64,000 nt of DNA from Gemmatimonadaceae bacterium. GTDB taxonomy: Bacteria; Gemmatimonadota; Gemmatimonadetes; Gemmatimonadales; Gemmatimonadaceae. Position numbers and translations under genes: made by a program. Shown one piece after another: positions 8,811-17,525 of the stretch (position 1 is the stretch's first letter; every line of letters begins with the position of its first letter). Location: positions 1 through 64,000 of the forward strand of contig JANRJP010000052.1 of NCBI GenBank assembly GCA_033763905.1, given 5' to 3'. The notes under the pieces are model-generated. The model searched no databases and was not told the DNA's origin. It saw only the letters and a list, made by a program, of their open reading frames with translations.

Positions 8811-9823
8811 CGTGCATCCCTGGAAACAGTCGATCGGCCCGCCGCGAGGTGCGCGACCCGATCGCAGAGTTCTTCAAAGCCGATCCCCGCCGCGGCCGCC
8901 GCTTGCGGCACCAGCGAGAGCGCGGTCATCCCCGGCAAGGTATTCGCTTCCAAGCAGAAAAGATCACCGGCCGGCGTCAACCGGAAGTCCACCCGGGCGT
9001 AGCCGCGCAACTTGAGCGCGCGGAACGTCGCGACACCCAAACGCTGCGCCTCGGCGGCGATCGCCGGCGGCAAGTCGGCCGGAAACTCCTCGCGCGCCAT
9101 CCCCGGCGTGTACTTGCACTCGTAATCGTAGATCTCCTTCGCCGGGATGATCTCCCCCACCGGCAAGGCCTCGTCGCCGATCACCGCGACCGTCAGTTCC
9201 CGACCCGGGACGAAGGCCTCGATCATCACTTCGTCGTCGTGCCGATACGCCTCGGCGACCGCCGCGTCGTAGTCCGACCACTGCTTCACGACGCTCAGAC
9301 CGACCGTGCTCCCCTGCTTGGACGGCTTCACCACGACCGGGAGGCTGAACACCCGCTCGGCCTCGGCGCGCGCCAGTGGAGCCATCCGCCATTCGGCCGT
9401 CGGCACCCCGGCCTGCCGCAACAAGCGCTTGGTCAGGTCCTTGTCCATCGCGATGCCGCTCGCCAGATGCCCACTGCCCGTGTACGGCACGCCCACGAGC
9501 TCCAGTAGCGCCTGAATGGTTCCGTCCTCTCCTTGGCCTCCGTGTAGCGCCAGAAAGACGACATCATTCGACTTTAATTGCGACAAGTTGCCCAGAAGAA
9601 CCTTGTCCTGCATCGCGCGAAGGGCCTCGGGACTCGGGGGGGCCGTGCCCACGCCACCGGCTAGCAGGCGCGCCGAATCCTCGGCGGACACCACGCCCTT
9701 CGCCGTGTCGAACGCCGTCACCTCGTGGCCGCGGCTCCGCAGGGCCTCGGCGATCCGAAGCCCCGAAATCACCGACACGTCCCGCTCCGACGACGTCCCG
9801 CCCAGCAACACCGTGATCTTCAT
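8807..9823 (-). CDS. ddl: D-alanine--D-alanine ligase
   Basis: VLLGGTSSERDVS, LHGGQGEDG, PYTGSG, MDK, VKPSKQGSTVG, YDYECKY, LEANTLPGMT; start at ATG 9823. Confidence 0.96.
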   Translation of the reverse strand: MKITVLLGGTSSERDVSVISGLRIAEALRSRGHEVTAFDTAKGVVSAEDSARLLAGGVGTAPPSPEALRAMQDKVLLGNLSQLKSNDVVFLALHGGQGEDGTIQALLELVGVPYTGSGHLASGIAMDKDLTKRLLRQAGVPTAEWRMAPLARAEAERVFSLPVVVKPSKQGSTVGLSVVKQWSDYDAAVAEAYRHDDEVMIEAFVPGRELTVAVIGDEALPVGEIIPAKEIYDYECKYTPGMAREEFPADLPPAIAAEAQRLGVATFRALKLRGYARVDFRLTPAGDLFCLEANTLPGMTALSLVPQAAAAAGIGFEELCDRVAHLAAGRSTVSRDAR

Positions 9824-9831
9824 CGCTCGAC

Positions 9832-11232
9832 TCAACGGGCCATCAGGTACTGCAACACGTCGCTGCGGGTCACGATCCCATCGACGTGCCCGTTCGTCTT
9901 CACCAGCACCGCCCGGTTCGTCTTGCTCAAGAGCTTGGCGATCGCTTCCACCCGCTCCGTCCCGCCAACCACCGGGTACGGCGCGTCCATCACCGTGCGC
10001 ACCGGCTCGTCGAGCATCTTCGCGTCGTCGAGCGCGCGCGTGGTCAGCTGCGTCTCGGTAACCGAGCCGACGCAGGTGTCGCCGTCCATCACCGGCAACT
10101 GCGACAAATCGTGCGTCGTCATCAGGCGAATCGCCTGCCGCACCGGCGTCGCCGGCGACACGCTCACGATCCCATCCTGCCCCGCGCGCTTGCGGCCGAG
10201 GAGCTGCCCCATCGTCACGCGATCGTCGTCGAGCAGCTGGTTTTCGCGCATCCACTCGTCGTTGTACATCTTGCTCAGATACCGCTCGCCGGTGTCGCAC
10301 AAGAACGTCACCACGAACGCATTCGGATCGTCGAGCTCGCGAGCCAGCTCCAACGCGGCGTGCGCAATCAGCCCCGCCGAGCCGCCGATGAACAGCCCTT
10401 CTTCCCGTGTGAAGCGACGCGCCGTGTTCAGCGCGTCCTTGTCGTTCACGGTGCGGAAATCGTCGAGCACCGACATATCGAGCGTCTTCGGCACGCAGTC
10501 CTGTCCGATGCCTTCGACCTTGTAGGGCGCCCCCGTGGGATGCCCGGCGCCCTTCGTCCGCCACATCTCGGCGAGAATCGACCCCTGCGGGTCGGCGCCG
10601 ACGATGCGCACCGCGGCATTCTGCTCCTTGAGGTACTTGCCCGTGCCCGACAGCGTGCCGCCGGTGCCGGCCGCACCGACGAAGTGGGTGATCTTGCCCT
10701 GCGACTGCGCCCAGAGTTCCGGGCCCGTCGTCTCGTAGTGCGCCTGGGGGTTCGCCATGTTCTCGAACTGCCCCGCCAGCACCGCGTTCGGTGTTTCCTT
10801 CGCGATGCGCTTGGCCATCATCACGTAGTTGTCGGGATGATCGGGCGGCACGGCGGTCGGCGTCACGATGACTTCGGCGCCGAAGGCCTTCATCAAGCGC
10901 ACTTTCTCCTGCGACATCTTGTCGGGCATCGTGAAGATGCACTTGTAGCCCTTGATCGCCGCGGCGATCGCGAGCCCCACGCCGGTGTTGCCGCTCGTGC
11001 CTTCGACGATCGTGCCGCCGGGCTTGAGCGCGCCGCTGCGCTCTGCGGCTTCGATGATCGGCAGGCCGATGCGGTCCTTCACCGACCCGCCCGGATTGAA
11101 GAACTCCGCCTTGCCGTAGACCGGTGTGCGAATGCCCTCCGTCACCTTGTGCAGGCGAATCAGCGGCGTCCACCCGATGGTCTGGAGAACGTTGTCGTAA
11201 ACGGCGAGGTGGCGCGGCGTATTCGGCGACAT
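9832..11232 (-). CDS. Cystathionine beta-synthase-like PLP enzyme with C-terminal CBS domain pair
   Basis: NPGGSVKDR, EGTSGNTG, GTGGT, YKVEGIG, CDTGERYLSK; CBS repeats (LSQLPVMD; GIVTRSDVL). Confidence 0.92.
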   Translation of the reverse strand: MSPNTPRHLAVYDNVLQTIGWTPLIRLHKVTEGIRTPVYGKAEFFNPGGSVKDRIGLPIIEAAERSGALKPGGTIVEGTSGNTGVGLAIAAAIKGYKCIFTMPDKMSQEKVRLMKAFGAEVIVTPTAVPPDHPDNYVMMAKRIAKETPNAVLAGQFENMANPQAHYETTGPELWAQSQGKITHFVGAAGTGGTLSGTGKYLKEQNAAVRIVGADPQGSILAEMWRTKGAGHPTGAPYKVEGIGQDCVPKTLDMSVLDDFRTVNDKDALNTARRFTREEGLFIGGSAGLIAHAALELARELDDPNAFVVTFLCDTGERYLSKMYNDEWMRENQLLDDDRVTMGQLLGRKRAGQDGIVSVSPATPVRQAIRLMTTHDLSQLPVMDGDTCVGSVTETQLTTRALDDAKMLDEPVRTVMDAPYPVVGGTERVEAIAKLLSKTNRAVLVKTNGHVDGIVTRSDVLQYLMAR

Positions 11233-11296
11233 ATCAGGAGGGGTCGAAGGCGACCCGTCAAAGCTAGCGTCCGGCAGCGGTTTGGTCAGTCGCGCG

Positions 11297-13900
11297 TCAA
11301 CTGCGGGCGACGCGCGCCAGTTCGTCGAGCATCGCCAGCGCTTGCAGCGGCGTCACGCCGTTCACGTCCACCGCCTTGAGCCGCGCCACCACCGGATGCT
11401 CCACCGGTGCGGCGAACAAGCCGAGTTGATCGGTGTCCACCGGCGCGCCGCGCCGCGACTGCGGTCGGCCGCTGGCCAGCGAGGCCGCCAACTGATCGCC
11501 CTCGAGCAGCCGCAGGACCTCGCGCGCCCGCGCAATCACGACCGGCGGCAGACCGGCCAGCCGTCCCACCTCTACCCCGTACGAGCGATCCGCCGGCCCG
11601 GGCTGCAAGCGATGCAGGAACAACACCTGGTCGCCCACCTCGCGCACGCTCACGGTGAAGTTCTTCACGCCAGCCAGCTCATCGGCGAGCTGCGTCAGTT
11701 CGTGGTAGTGCGTGGCGAAGACCGTCTTCGCGCCCAACACGTCGTGCACGTGTTCGGTGACCGCCCACGCAATGGCGACGCCGTCGTAGGTACTCGTGCC
11801 GCGGCCGATTTCGTCGAGCAACACCAGGCTGCGCGCCGTCGCGCCGTGCAGAATCGCGCTGGTTTCCGCCATTTCGACCATAAAGGTCGACTGTCCGCGC
11901 GCGAGGTTGTCGCTGGCACCAACGCGCGTGAAGACGCGATCACACAGCGGCAACCGCGCCGCACTCGCCGGCACGAAGCTGCCACACTGCGCGAGCAGCT
12001 GCACCAGACCGATCATCCGCAGAATCGTGCTCTTGCCGGCCATATTCGGTCCGGTCAGGATGATCACGCGCTGCTCCGCCGACAGACGGACGTCGTTGGG
12101 AATGAACTGTTCGCGCGGCATCATCCGCTCCACGACGGGATGCCGACCAGCCGTGATCTCGAGCTCGAAGCCCTCGTGCATCGTCGGCCGCGCGTACCCT
12201 TCCCGCGCCGCCGTCTCGGCGAAAGCCCCAAGCACGTCGAGCGTCGCCAGTCGCGTGGCAATGCTCTGCAGGCGCGCCACCTCGGCGCCGGCCTCGCGGC
12301 GCACCTCGTCAAAGAGCTGGCGCTCGCGCGCCTGCAGCCGCTCGGTCGCGTGGAGAATCTTCTCCTCGAACTCCTTGAGCTCCGGCGTCACGTACCGCTC
12401 GGCGCCGGTCAGCGTCTGCTTGCGGATGTAGTCGGCGGGAATACGATCGCGATGCGTGTTCGTGATTTCGAGGTAGTATCCGAACACCTTGTTGTAGCCG
12501 ACCTTGAGCGACGAAATCCCGCTGCGGGTCCGTTCGCGCGCTTCCACCGCGGCAATCGCTTCCTTGCCGCCGAGCGCGAGGGCGCGGAGTTCGTCGACTT
12601 CGGCGTCGAATCCGGGGGCAATCGTCTCGCCGCCGTCGCCGATCACCAGCGTCGGCCGCTCCACCAGTGCCGTCGTGATGCGCGTGGCGAGCGGTGCCGC
12701 CTCATCCCAGCCGGCGCGCACGTCGGCCAACGCGCCGGCCGCCGGCAAACGGTCCAGCGCCGCGCGCACGTCGGGCAGCGCCAGCAGCGAATCGCCGAGC
12801 GCGCGAAGATCCCGCGGCGTCGCGCGGCCCGCGGCAGCCTTCGCGGCGAGGCGCTCGAGATCGCGCACCCCATCGAGGGCGCGACGCAGCGCGTCGCACG
12901 CCAGCGCATCGTCGAGCAACGCCGCCACCGCCGCGTGCCGCTGCTCGATCGCGCCGCGGTCGAGCAGCGGCGAGAGCAGCCACTGGCGCAGGCGGCGCTG
13001 TCCCATCGGGGTGACCGCGCGATCAAACACTTCGAGCACGGTGCCGCTGGTACCGCCGCGCAGCGAATCGACGAGCTCGAGATTGCGGCGCGTCATCTCG
13101 TCGAGTGCCATCGCCGCGCCATCGCGCTCCACCGTCGGACGCGCCAAGTGCGGCAAGCCGCCCGGCTGCAACGCGCGCAGATAGCGCAGCAAGGCCCCCG
13201 CGGCCGCGATGGCGGGCGTATCCTGCACCTCGATCCCGAATCCGTCGAGCGATGCCACGCCGTACTGCCGCGTGAGGTCCTCGCGCGCCATCGCCGGATC
13301 GAACTCCCAGGCGTCGCGCACCGTACGCACGATGCCGTCGTCGCGTTCGGCCGGCCACACCGCATCGCGCGCCACCACCAGCTCACGCGGCGCCAGGCGC
13401 GCCAGCGTCGCGTCGGCGTGCGCGACCGTCGTGGTGAGCAGTCGCACCTCGCCCGTGCTCAGGTCGGCCGCCGCGAGCCCCACCGCGTCACCCACACTGT
13501 GCACCGCCACACACCACGTGTTGCGCGCGCCGTCGAGCAGGTCGTCGGCGAACGCCGCGCCGGGCGTGATCGTCTCGACGACCCCGCGCTTGACCACGCC
13601 TTTCGCCAACTTCGGATCTTCCAGCTGCTCACAGATCGCGACGCGGTGTCCTTGCGCCACCAACTGCCGCACGTAGCCCTGCACCGCTTTCACCGGTACG
13701 CCGGCCAGCGGCACCTCGGCGGCACCGCCGTTGTTGCGGCTCGTCAGCGTCAGTCCGAGCACGCGCGACGCCAGCTTCGCGTCGTCGTAGAACATCTCGA
13801 AGAAGTCCCCCATCCGGAACAACAGCAACGCATCCGGATGCCGCGCCTTGATCTCGCGGTACTGCTGCATCAACGGGGTATCGGTGCCCACGCCGCTCAC
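11297..13900 (-). CDS. mutS: DNA mismatch repair protein MutS
   Basis: TPLMQQY, FRMGDFFEMF, TGPNMAGKST, STFMVEM, LLDEIGRGTST, ATHYHEL, C-terminal QLGLF clamp motif; GTG 13900 overlaps the upstream stop (GTGA). Confidence 0.97.
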   Translation of the reverse strand: MSGVGTDTPLMQQYREIKARHPDALLLFRMGDFFEMFYDDAKLASRVLGLTLTSRNNGGAAEVPLAGVPVKAVQGYVRQLVAQGHRVAICEQLEDPKLAKGVVKRGVVETITPGAAFADDLLDGARNTWCVAVHSVGDAVGLAAADLSTGEVRLLTTTVAHADATLARLAPRELVVARDAVWPAERDDGIVRTVRDAWEFDPAMAREDLTRQYGVASLDGFGIEVQDTPAIAAAGALLRYLRALQPGGLPHLARPTVERDGAAMALDEMTRRNLELVDSLRGGTSGTVLEVFDRAVTPMGQRRLRQWLLSPLLDRGAIEQRHAAVAALLDDALACDALRRALDGVRDLERLAAKAAAGRATPRDLRALGDSLLALPDVRAALDRLPAAGALADVRAGWDEAAPLATRITTALVERPTLVIGDGGETIAPGFDAEVDELRALALGGKEAIAAVEARERTRSGISSLKVGYNKVFGYYLEITNTHRDRIPADYIRKQTLTGAERYVTPELKEFEEKILHATERLQARERQLFDEVRREAGAEVARLQSIATRLATLDVLGAFAETAAREGYARPTMHEGFELEITAGRHPVVERMMPREQFIPNDVRLSAEQRVIILTGPNMAGKSTILRMIGLVQLLAQCGSFVPASAARLPLCDRVFTRVGASDNLARGQSTFMVEMAETSAILHGATARSLVLLDEIGRGTSTYDGVAIAWAVTEHVHDVLGAKTVFATHYHELTQLADELAGVKNFTVSVREVGDQVLFLHRLQPGPADRSYGVEVGRLAGLPPVVIARAREVLRLLEGDQLAASLASGRPQSRRGAPVDTDQLGLFAAPVEHPVVARLKAVDVNGVTPLQALAMLDELARVARS

Positions 13901-14793
13901 GGCGCGTCCTGCAACACCGTCGCACCGCGCACGCCGGCCTTCGCGAGTCGCGACACCACCGCCGACGCCTCGGCGCGCGCCATCGGCTCGCCAACGAAGA
14001 CGCGGAACTTCCCCGGGCCCGCCGTGCCGACGCGGCCCTCGAAGCCCTTCGCCTCGACCTTCCGCAACTGGGCCGTCGCTTTCGCGCGCGTGGGAAACGT
14101 GCCGGCGGCCACGCGGAACCGTAGCGCGCTCGACGGGGCGGCCGTCGCCGGACGCGCCGGCGCAGGCGCGGGTCCGGCCGCCGCCGCTGGCGGCGCGGCC
14201 TGTGGCGGTTCGTCGGCGGGAGCGGCGCTCCCGTCGCAGCGCTGCGCGAGGAAATCGATCTGATTGCGCAGCTCGACGTTCGTCGGCGCCGTGCGCGTGC
14301 GCGCCGTCGCCAGTGCGGCGCATCCGTCAGCGCGGTTGCCGGCGTCGAGCAGCACTTTGCCCCGCCAATAGAACCCCTGCGTCAGCAGCGGCGAATCGGG
14401 ATGCTCGGTGGTCAGGCGGTCGAGATGCCGAAGCGCAGCGTCGCGCGCACCGCGCGAGGCTTCGAGCTGCACGAGCCGAAGCAACGCCTCTGGCGCGCGC
14501 GCCGACCCCGGGTGCTCGATCGCGATCCGCAACAGGTCGCGCTCGGCGGCCACAGCCGTCTCGCCAAGGACGGCGCGCCACCACAGCGCTTCGGTGTGCG
14601 TCGGCGTGCCCGCCTTCACCGACTGCAACACGGAATCCACCAGCACCCGACCCGCCGCGCCATTGCCCTCGGCCACCAACTGTCGCGCCCGCGCAAACGC
14701 CGAGTCGGCCTTGGGAGCAATCGGTCCCTGCGCCTGCGCCGATGCGGCTAGGCCAACACCCACCACTACCACCGCGACTATGCGCCGCGTCAT
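13897..14793 (-). CDS. Exported TPR-like + Pro/Ala linker + SPOR-like domain protein
   Basis: Signal peptide, HPGSARAPEALLRL / HPDSPLLTQGFYWRG helical repeats, C-terminal FRVAAGTF...FRVFVG. Confidence 0.75.
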   Translation of the reverse strand: MTRRIVAVVVVGVGLAASAQAQGPIAPKADSAFARARQLVAEGNGAAGRVLVDSVLQSVKAGTPTHTEALWWRAVLGETAVAAERDLLRIAIEHPGSARAPEALLRLVQLEASRGARDAALRHLDRLTTEHPDSPLLTQGFYWRGKVLLDAGNRADGCAALATARTRTAPTNVELRNQIDFLAQRCDGSAAPADEPPQAAPPAAAAGPAPAPARPATAAPSSALRFRVAAGTFPTRAKATAQLRKVEAKGFEGRVGTAGPGKFRVFVGEPMARAEASAVVSRLAKAGVRGATVLQDAP

Positions 14794-15827
14794 CCGCACA
14801 TCTCCAACACCAGCGAGACGAGAATGCCCTCGTCCGACGAGACGTGCGAATCCTTGAGTGCGATGTCGGCATCGAGCAGCGCTGGCAGCGCGCGCTCGGC
14901 GGCAGCCACCGACCACCACCCCTTCGCGGCGGCGTGGCCCCACGCCTTCACGGCGTCACCCCACGGCCGACCGGTGAACGCGCCGGAATTCTTGAGCAGC
15001 GCCCAGCACTCGGTTTCGAGCTTCGAGACGTGCAAGCCGTCGGCGCGCCGTGCCGCGAGGTAGCCGAGGGCCAAGGTTTGCGTGGCAAGTGCCATAATCA
15101 CCGGCACGGCGCCGGTCTTGGGCTGCTCGAGCACATCGGCGACGAGCGCTGCAGCCGCCAAACCGTCGCGACGCGCGACGGCGTCGAGCAGGTCCGTCAT
15201 CGAGTGTCCGGGCCGCACGCCGACGACTTCGCCCACCGCCGCCGCGGTGATCGTGCCGCCGCCGACGAAGCTCGCCAGTTTGTCGAGCTCGGCCGCTAAG
15301 AGCTGCAGGTCGTTGCCCGCAAACTGCTGCAGCAGCGACGAGGCCTCGGCGTCGATCTCGGCGCCCAACTGCTTGGCCTTCTTCGCCAGCCACTTCTCGA
15401 CGTCGCCTTCCCCCAGCGATTCGAAGGGAATCGCCGTGACGCCGATGCCGAGCGACTTGTCCACCTTCGCCCCGGCCGGCGACACGAGCACCAGCACCGT
15501 GTCCCGCGCAGGCTTGATGCAGTACTGCGCCAGCGCTTCGCGCGTCGCCTTCTTGAGCGCGTCGGCCTCGCGCACGACCACTACGCGGCGGTCCGACATC
15601 ATCGGCGGCGTATCGAGCAACGCGTTCAGGGTGGCGGCGTCGAGATCGCCGCCGCGGCGCTGCTCGTAGTTGAAGTCCCGCAGTCCCGGATCGAGCGCGG
15701 CATCGAGGACGCGCCGCAACGCGTCGTCCTTCCGGTAGTCGTCGTCGCCGAAAAAGTGGTACACCGGCGCGAACGCCCGGGTCTCGAGCGCTTGCGACAG
15801 AGCCTTGAGTGCGGGAGCGGCGGCCAT
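14790..15827 (-). CDS. holA: DNA polymerase III subunit delta
   Basis: PVYHFFGDDDY, DFNY, TPPMMSDRRVVVV, ELDKL, LLDADIALK. Confidence 0.92.
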   Translation of the reverse strand: MAAAPALKALSQALETRAFAPVYHFFGDDDYRKDDALRRVLDAALDPGLRDFNYEQRRGGDLDAATLNALLDTPPMMSDRRVVVVREADALKKATREALAQYCIKPARDTVLVLVSPAGAKVDKSLGIGVTAIPFESLGEGDVEKWLAKKAKQLGAEIDAEASSLLQQFAGNDLQLLAAELDKLASFVGGGTITAAAVGEVVGVRPGHSMTDLLDAVARRDGLAAAALVADVLEQPKTGAVPVIMALATQTLALGYLAARRADGLHVSKLETECWALLKNSGAFTGRPWGDAVKAWGHAAAKGWWSVAAAERALPALLDADIALKDSHVSSDEGILVSLVLEMCG

Positions 15828-15896
15828 CGCGGCGGAATATACCGCCGCCGACCGGCCGGTTGACTGCGCCGCTGGCCCCGCGGACGCGGGAACGGC

Positions 15897-16475
15897 CTAT
15901 GGCGCCAGCAGCGAGACCGCGACGAATCCGGACGAGGACGCCGACGGCGCAAAGCGCGGGCGGAGTAGCGGCGGCGGCACGTGCTCCTGCCGATCGGTCG
16001 AATCGTCGACCCACTGGGCCGGCTCCATCGGGCCCACGACCGGCACCACCGACGCCGGGCTCGACACTGGGCTCGGTGGCGTCGGCGCCGGCGTGGCCTC
16101 GCCAAGCACCGGTGTGACGGCCGCCGATAGCCCGACGAGGCGCGCATCGGCGGCGGGTGCAGTGTCGCGGGGGAAAAAGCTCGCGACCGCCAGGGCACAC
16201 GCCGCGCATCCCCCAACCCACGACGCCACCCGCCGCCGCCGCTCGGTCCGGGCGCGGTCTGCCCGAATCCCTGCCAACACGCGGGCGGTCAAGTCGCAGC
16301 GATGCTCGGTCAGTGGGACGCTGTGGCACACCATCAGACTGCGACGGACCCGCGTATCGTGGGCGGCGCACGCCGCGCACTCGGCGCGGTGCCGCTCACA
16401 CGCGACGAGCGTGGCGTCGTCGAGTGTGCCTTCCGTGTAGTCGAGATGTCGGGAACGGAACCCCTGGCAGTCCAT
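15897..16475 (-). CDS. Zinc-finger (zf-HC2/ZAS) membrane-anchored anti-sigma factor
   Basis: MDC...HRAECAAC (HxxxCxxC) followed by a hydrophobic segment; directly downstream of the ECF sigma gene. Confidence 0.82.
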   Translation of the reverse strand: MDCQGFRSRHLDYTEGTLDDATLVACERHRAECAACAAHDTRVRRSLMVCHSVPLTEHRCDLTARVLAGIRADRARTERRRRVASWVGGCAACALAVASFFPRDTAPAADARLVGLSAAVTPVLGEATPAPTPPSPVSSPASVVPVVGPMEPAQWVDDSTDRQEHVPPPLLRPRFAPSASSSGFVAVSLLAP

Positions 16476-16503
16476 AGCGACCGGTTGGTGGGACGCGGAA
16501 CGA

Positions 16504-16530
16504 TACCCTGGGGGTGGGGGAGGGGTTCCA
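16504..16530 (-). promoter_or_regulatory. Putative ECF-type promoter for the anti-sigma gene
   Basis: Minus strand GGAACC-N16-GGTAT about 30 nt upstream of the ATG at 16475; resembles the AAC...GT pattern of ECF promoters. Confidence 0.45.
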
Positions 16531-16545
16531 GCCCCCCACGACGCG

Positions 16546-16583
16546 ACGACGGGCCGGAGTGCCGAAGCACCCCGACCCGCCGT
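16546..16583 (-). terminator. Strong hairpin (cUUCGg loop) after the sigma gene
   Basis: ACGGCGGGTCGGGGTGC-TTCG-GCACTCCGGCCCGTCGT; no clear U tail. Confidence 0.55.
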
Positions 16584-16601
16584 GTTCCCGGACTCTCCCC
16601 C

Positions 16602-17234
16602 TCAGTCGAGTGCCGGTCCCACCAGACTCGCGAACGCCGCGCGCGCGCGATTCAGTCGCGACTTCACCGTCCCCAGGTTCGTCCGGGTGATCTCGGCGAT
16701 CTCCTCGTACGGACGCCCCTCCAGTTCGCGCAGCACGAACACTTCGCGATGATGCTTCGGCAGCCGTGAGACCGCCGCGTCGATCATCGCCCGCATTTCG
16801 CGCTTCTCCAGCAGGTCGTCCGGACGATCGGCCGTGTCTTCGAACTCCAAGGGACGGTCGTCATCCTGATCGCGGCCGCCGCTCAGCGTCTGGAACAGCA
16901 CCAGCGGGCTGCGCGACCGGTTCCGCAGTTCGTTCTTCGCCAGATTCGACGCAATGGTGTACACCCACGTCGAGAACTTCTTGCTGTCGTCGAAGCGGTG
17001 CAGATGGCGCGCGACGCGCACGAAGGCTTCCTGCACCAGGTCTTCGGCGCGATCGCGATCACCGATCGTGCGCGCGATGAAATTGAGCAGACGTCCCTGA
17101 TAGCGGCCGACGAGGACGGCGAAGGCGCGCTCCGTACCGGCGAGGTACTGCCGCACGAGCGCCGTGTCGTCGAGATCCTCGAGGACCTCGCGCACCACGA
17201 CGGGCTGGGACAGCTGACGCATCGGACGGGACAT
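16602..17234 (-). CDS. ECF RNA polymerase sigma factor (sigma-70 family)
   Basis: AEDLVQEAFVRV, KFSTWVYTIASN, REVFVLRELEGRPYEEIA, LGTVKSRLNRAR. Start is 17234 or 17222. Confidence 0.93.
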   Translation of the reverse strand: MSRPMRQLSQPVVVREVLEDLDDTALVRQYLAGTERAFAVLVGRYQGRLLNFIARTIGDRDRAEDLVQEAFVRVARHLHRFDDSKKFSTWVYTIASNLAKNELRNRSRSPLVLFQTLSGGRDQDDDRPLEFEDTADRPDDLLEKREMRAMIDAAVSRLPKHHREVFVLRELEGRPYEEIAEITRTNLGTVKSRLNRARAAFASLVGPALD

Positions 17235-17324
17235 TCGACACTCCGGGGTCAATCACGAGGGCGCGGCGATTCTGCGAATTCGACACCGGCCACAGGGTCG
17301 GCGTTGCCGCTCGCCTGTCTCTAG

Positions 17325-17340
17325 AGCAACCGTCGTGCCG
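17325..17340 (-). promoter_or_regulatory. Sigma54 (-24/-12) promoter oriented toward the ECF sigma gene
   Basis: Minus strand CGGCACGACGGTTGCT matches YGGCACG-N4-TTGC with correct GG/GC spacing. Confidence 0.7.
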
Positions 17341-17368
17341 GATCGGGACTGCAGGATTGGCACCCCCT

Positions 17369-17393
17369 TAAGTGATTGTCCTGAAACGACTTA
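17369..17393. promoter_or_regulatory. IHF-like / palindromic protein-binding site
   Basis: TAAGTGATTG...AAACGACTTA; the minus strand contains CAATCACTTA (CAANNNNTTR). AT-rich island upstream of the sigma54 site. Confidence 0.45.
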
Positions 17394-17525
17394 TATGTGT
17401 GTGACCCCCTCGGTGCCATCCTGACGGCTCGTCCCGGTGTCCCCTGCGGTGGTCACCGGGGCGTCCTCCGGTGTAGGTTCGCGACACGCCGCAGGTGCCC
17501 GTTCATCCCTTGCCCGCCCCAACCG

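Noticed and set aside
7153..11173. Apparent long fusions in the ORF track (574-aa rhomboid, 788-aa Ddl)
   Set aside because: The N-terminal extensions are off-frame read-through of upstream genes; the real starts are at about 8088 and 9823.
11282..14263. 993-aa plus-strand ORF, and similar long ORFs at 26596-28215, 35420-37024 and 37786-40620
   Set aside because: Antisense shadows of mutS, yidC, the GWxTD gene and polA, expected at this GC content; Arg/His-rich with no recognisable motifs.
17358..17372. Second sigma54 promoter on the plus strand (TGGCACCCCCTTAAG)
   Set aside because: The -12 TTGC element is missing.
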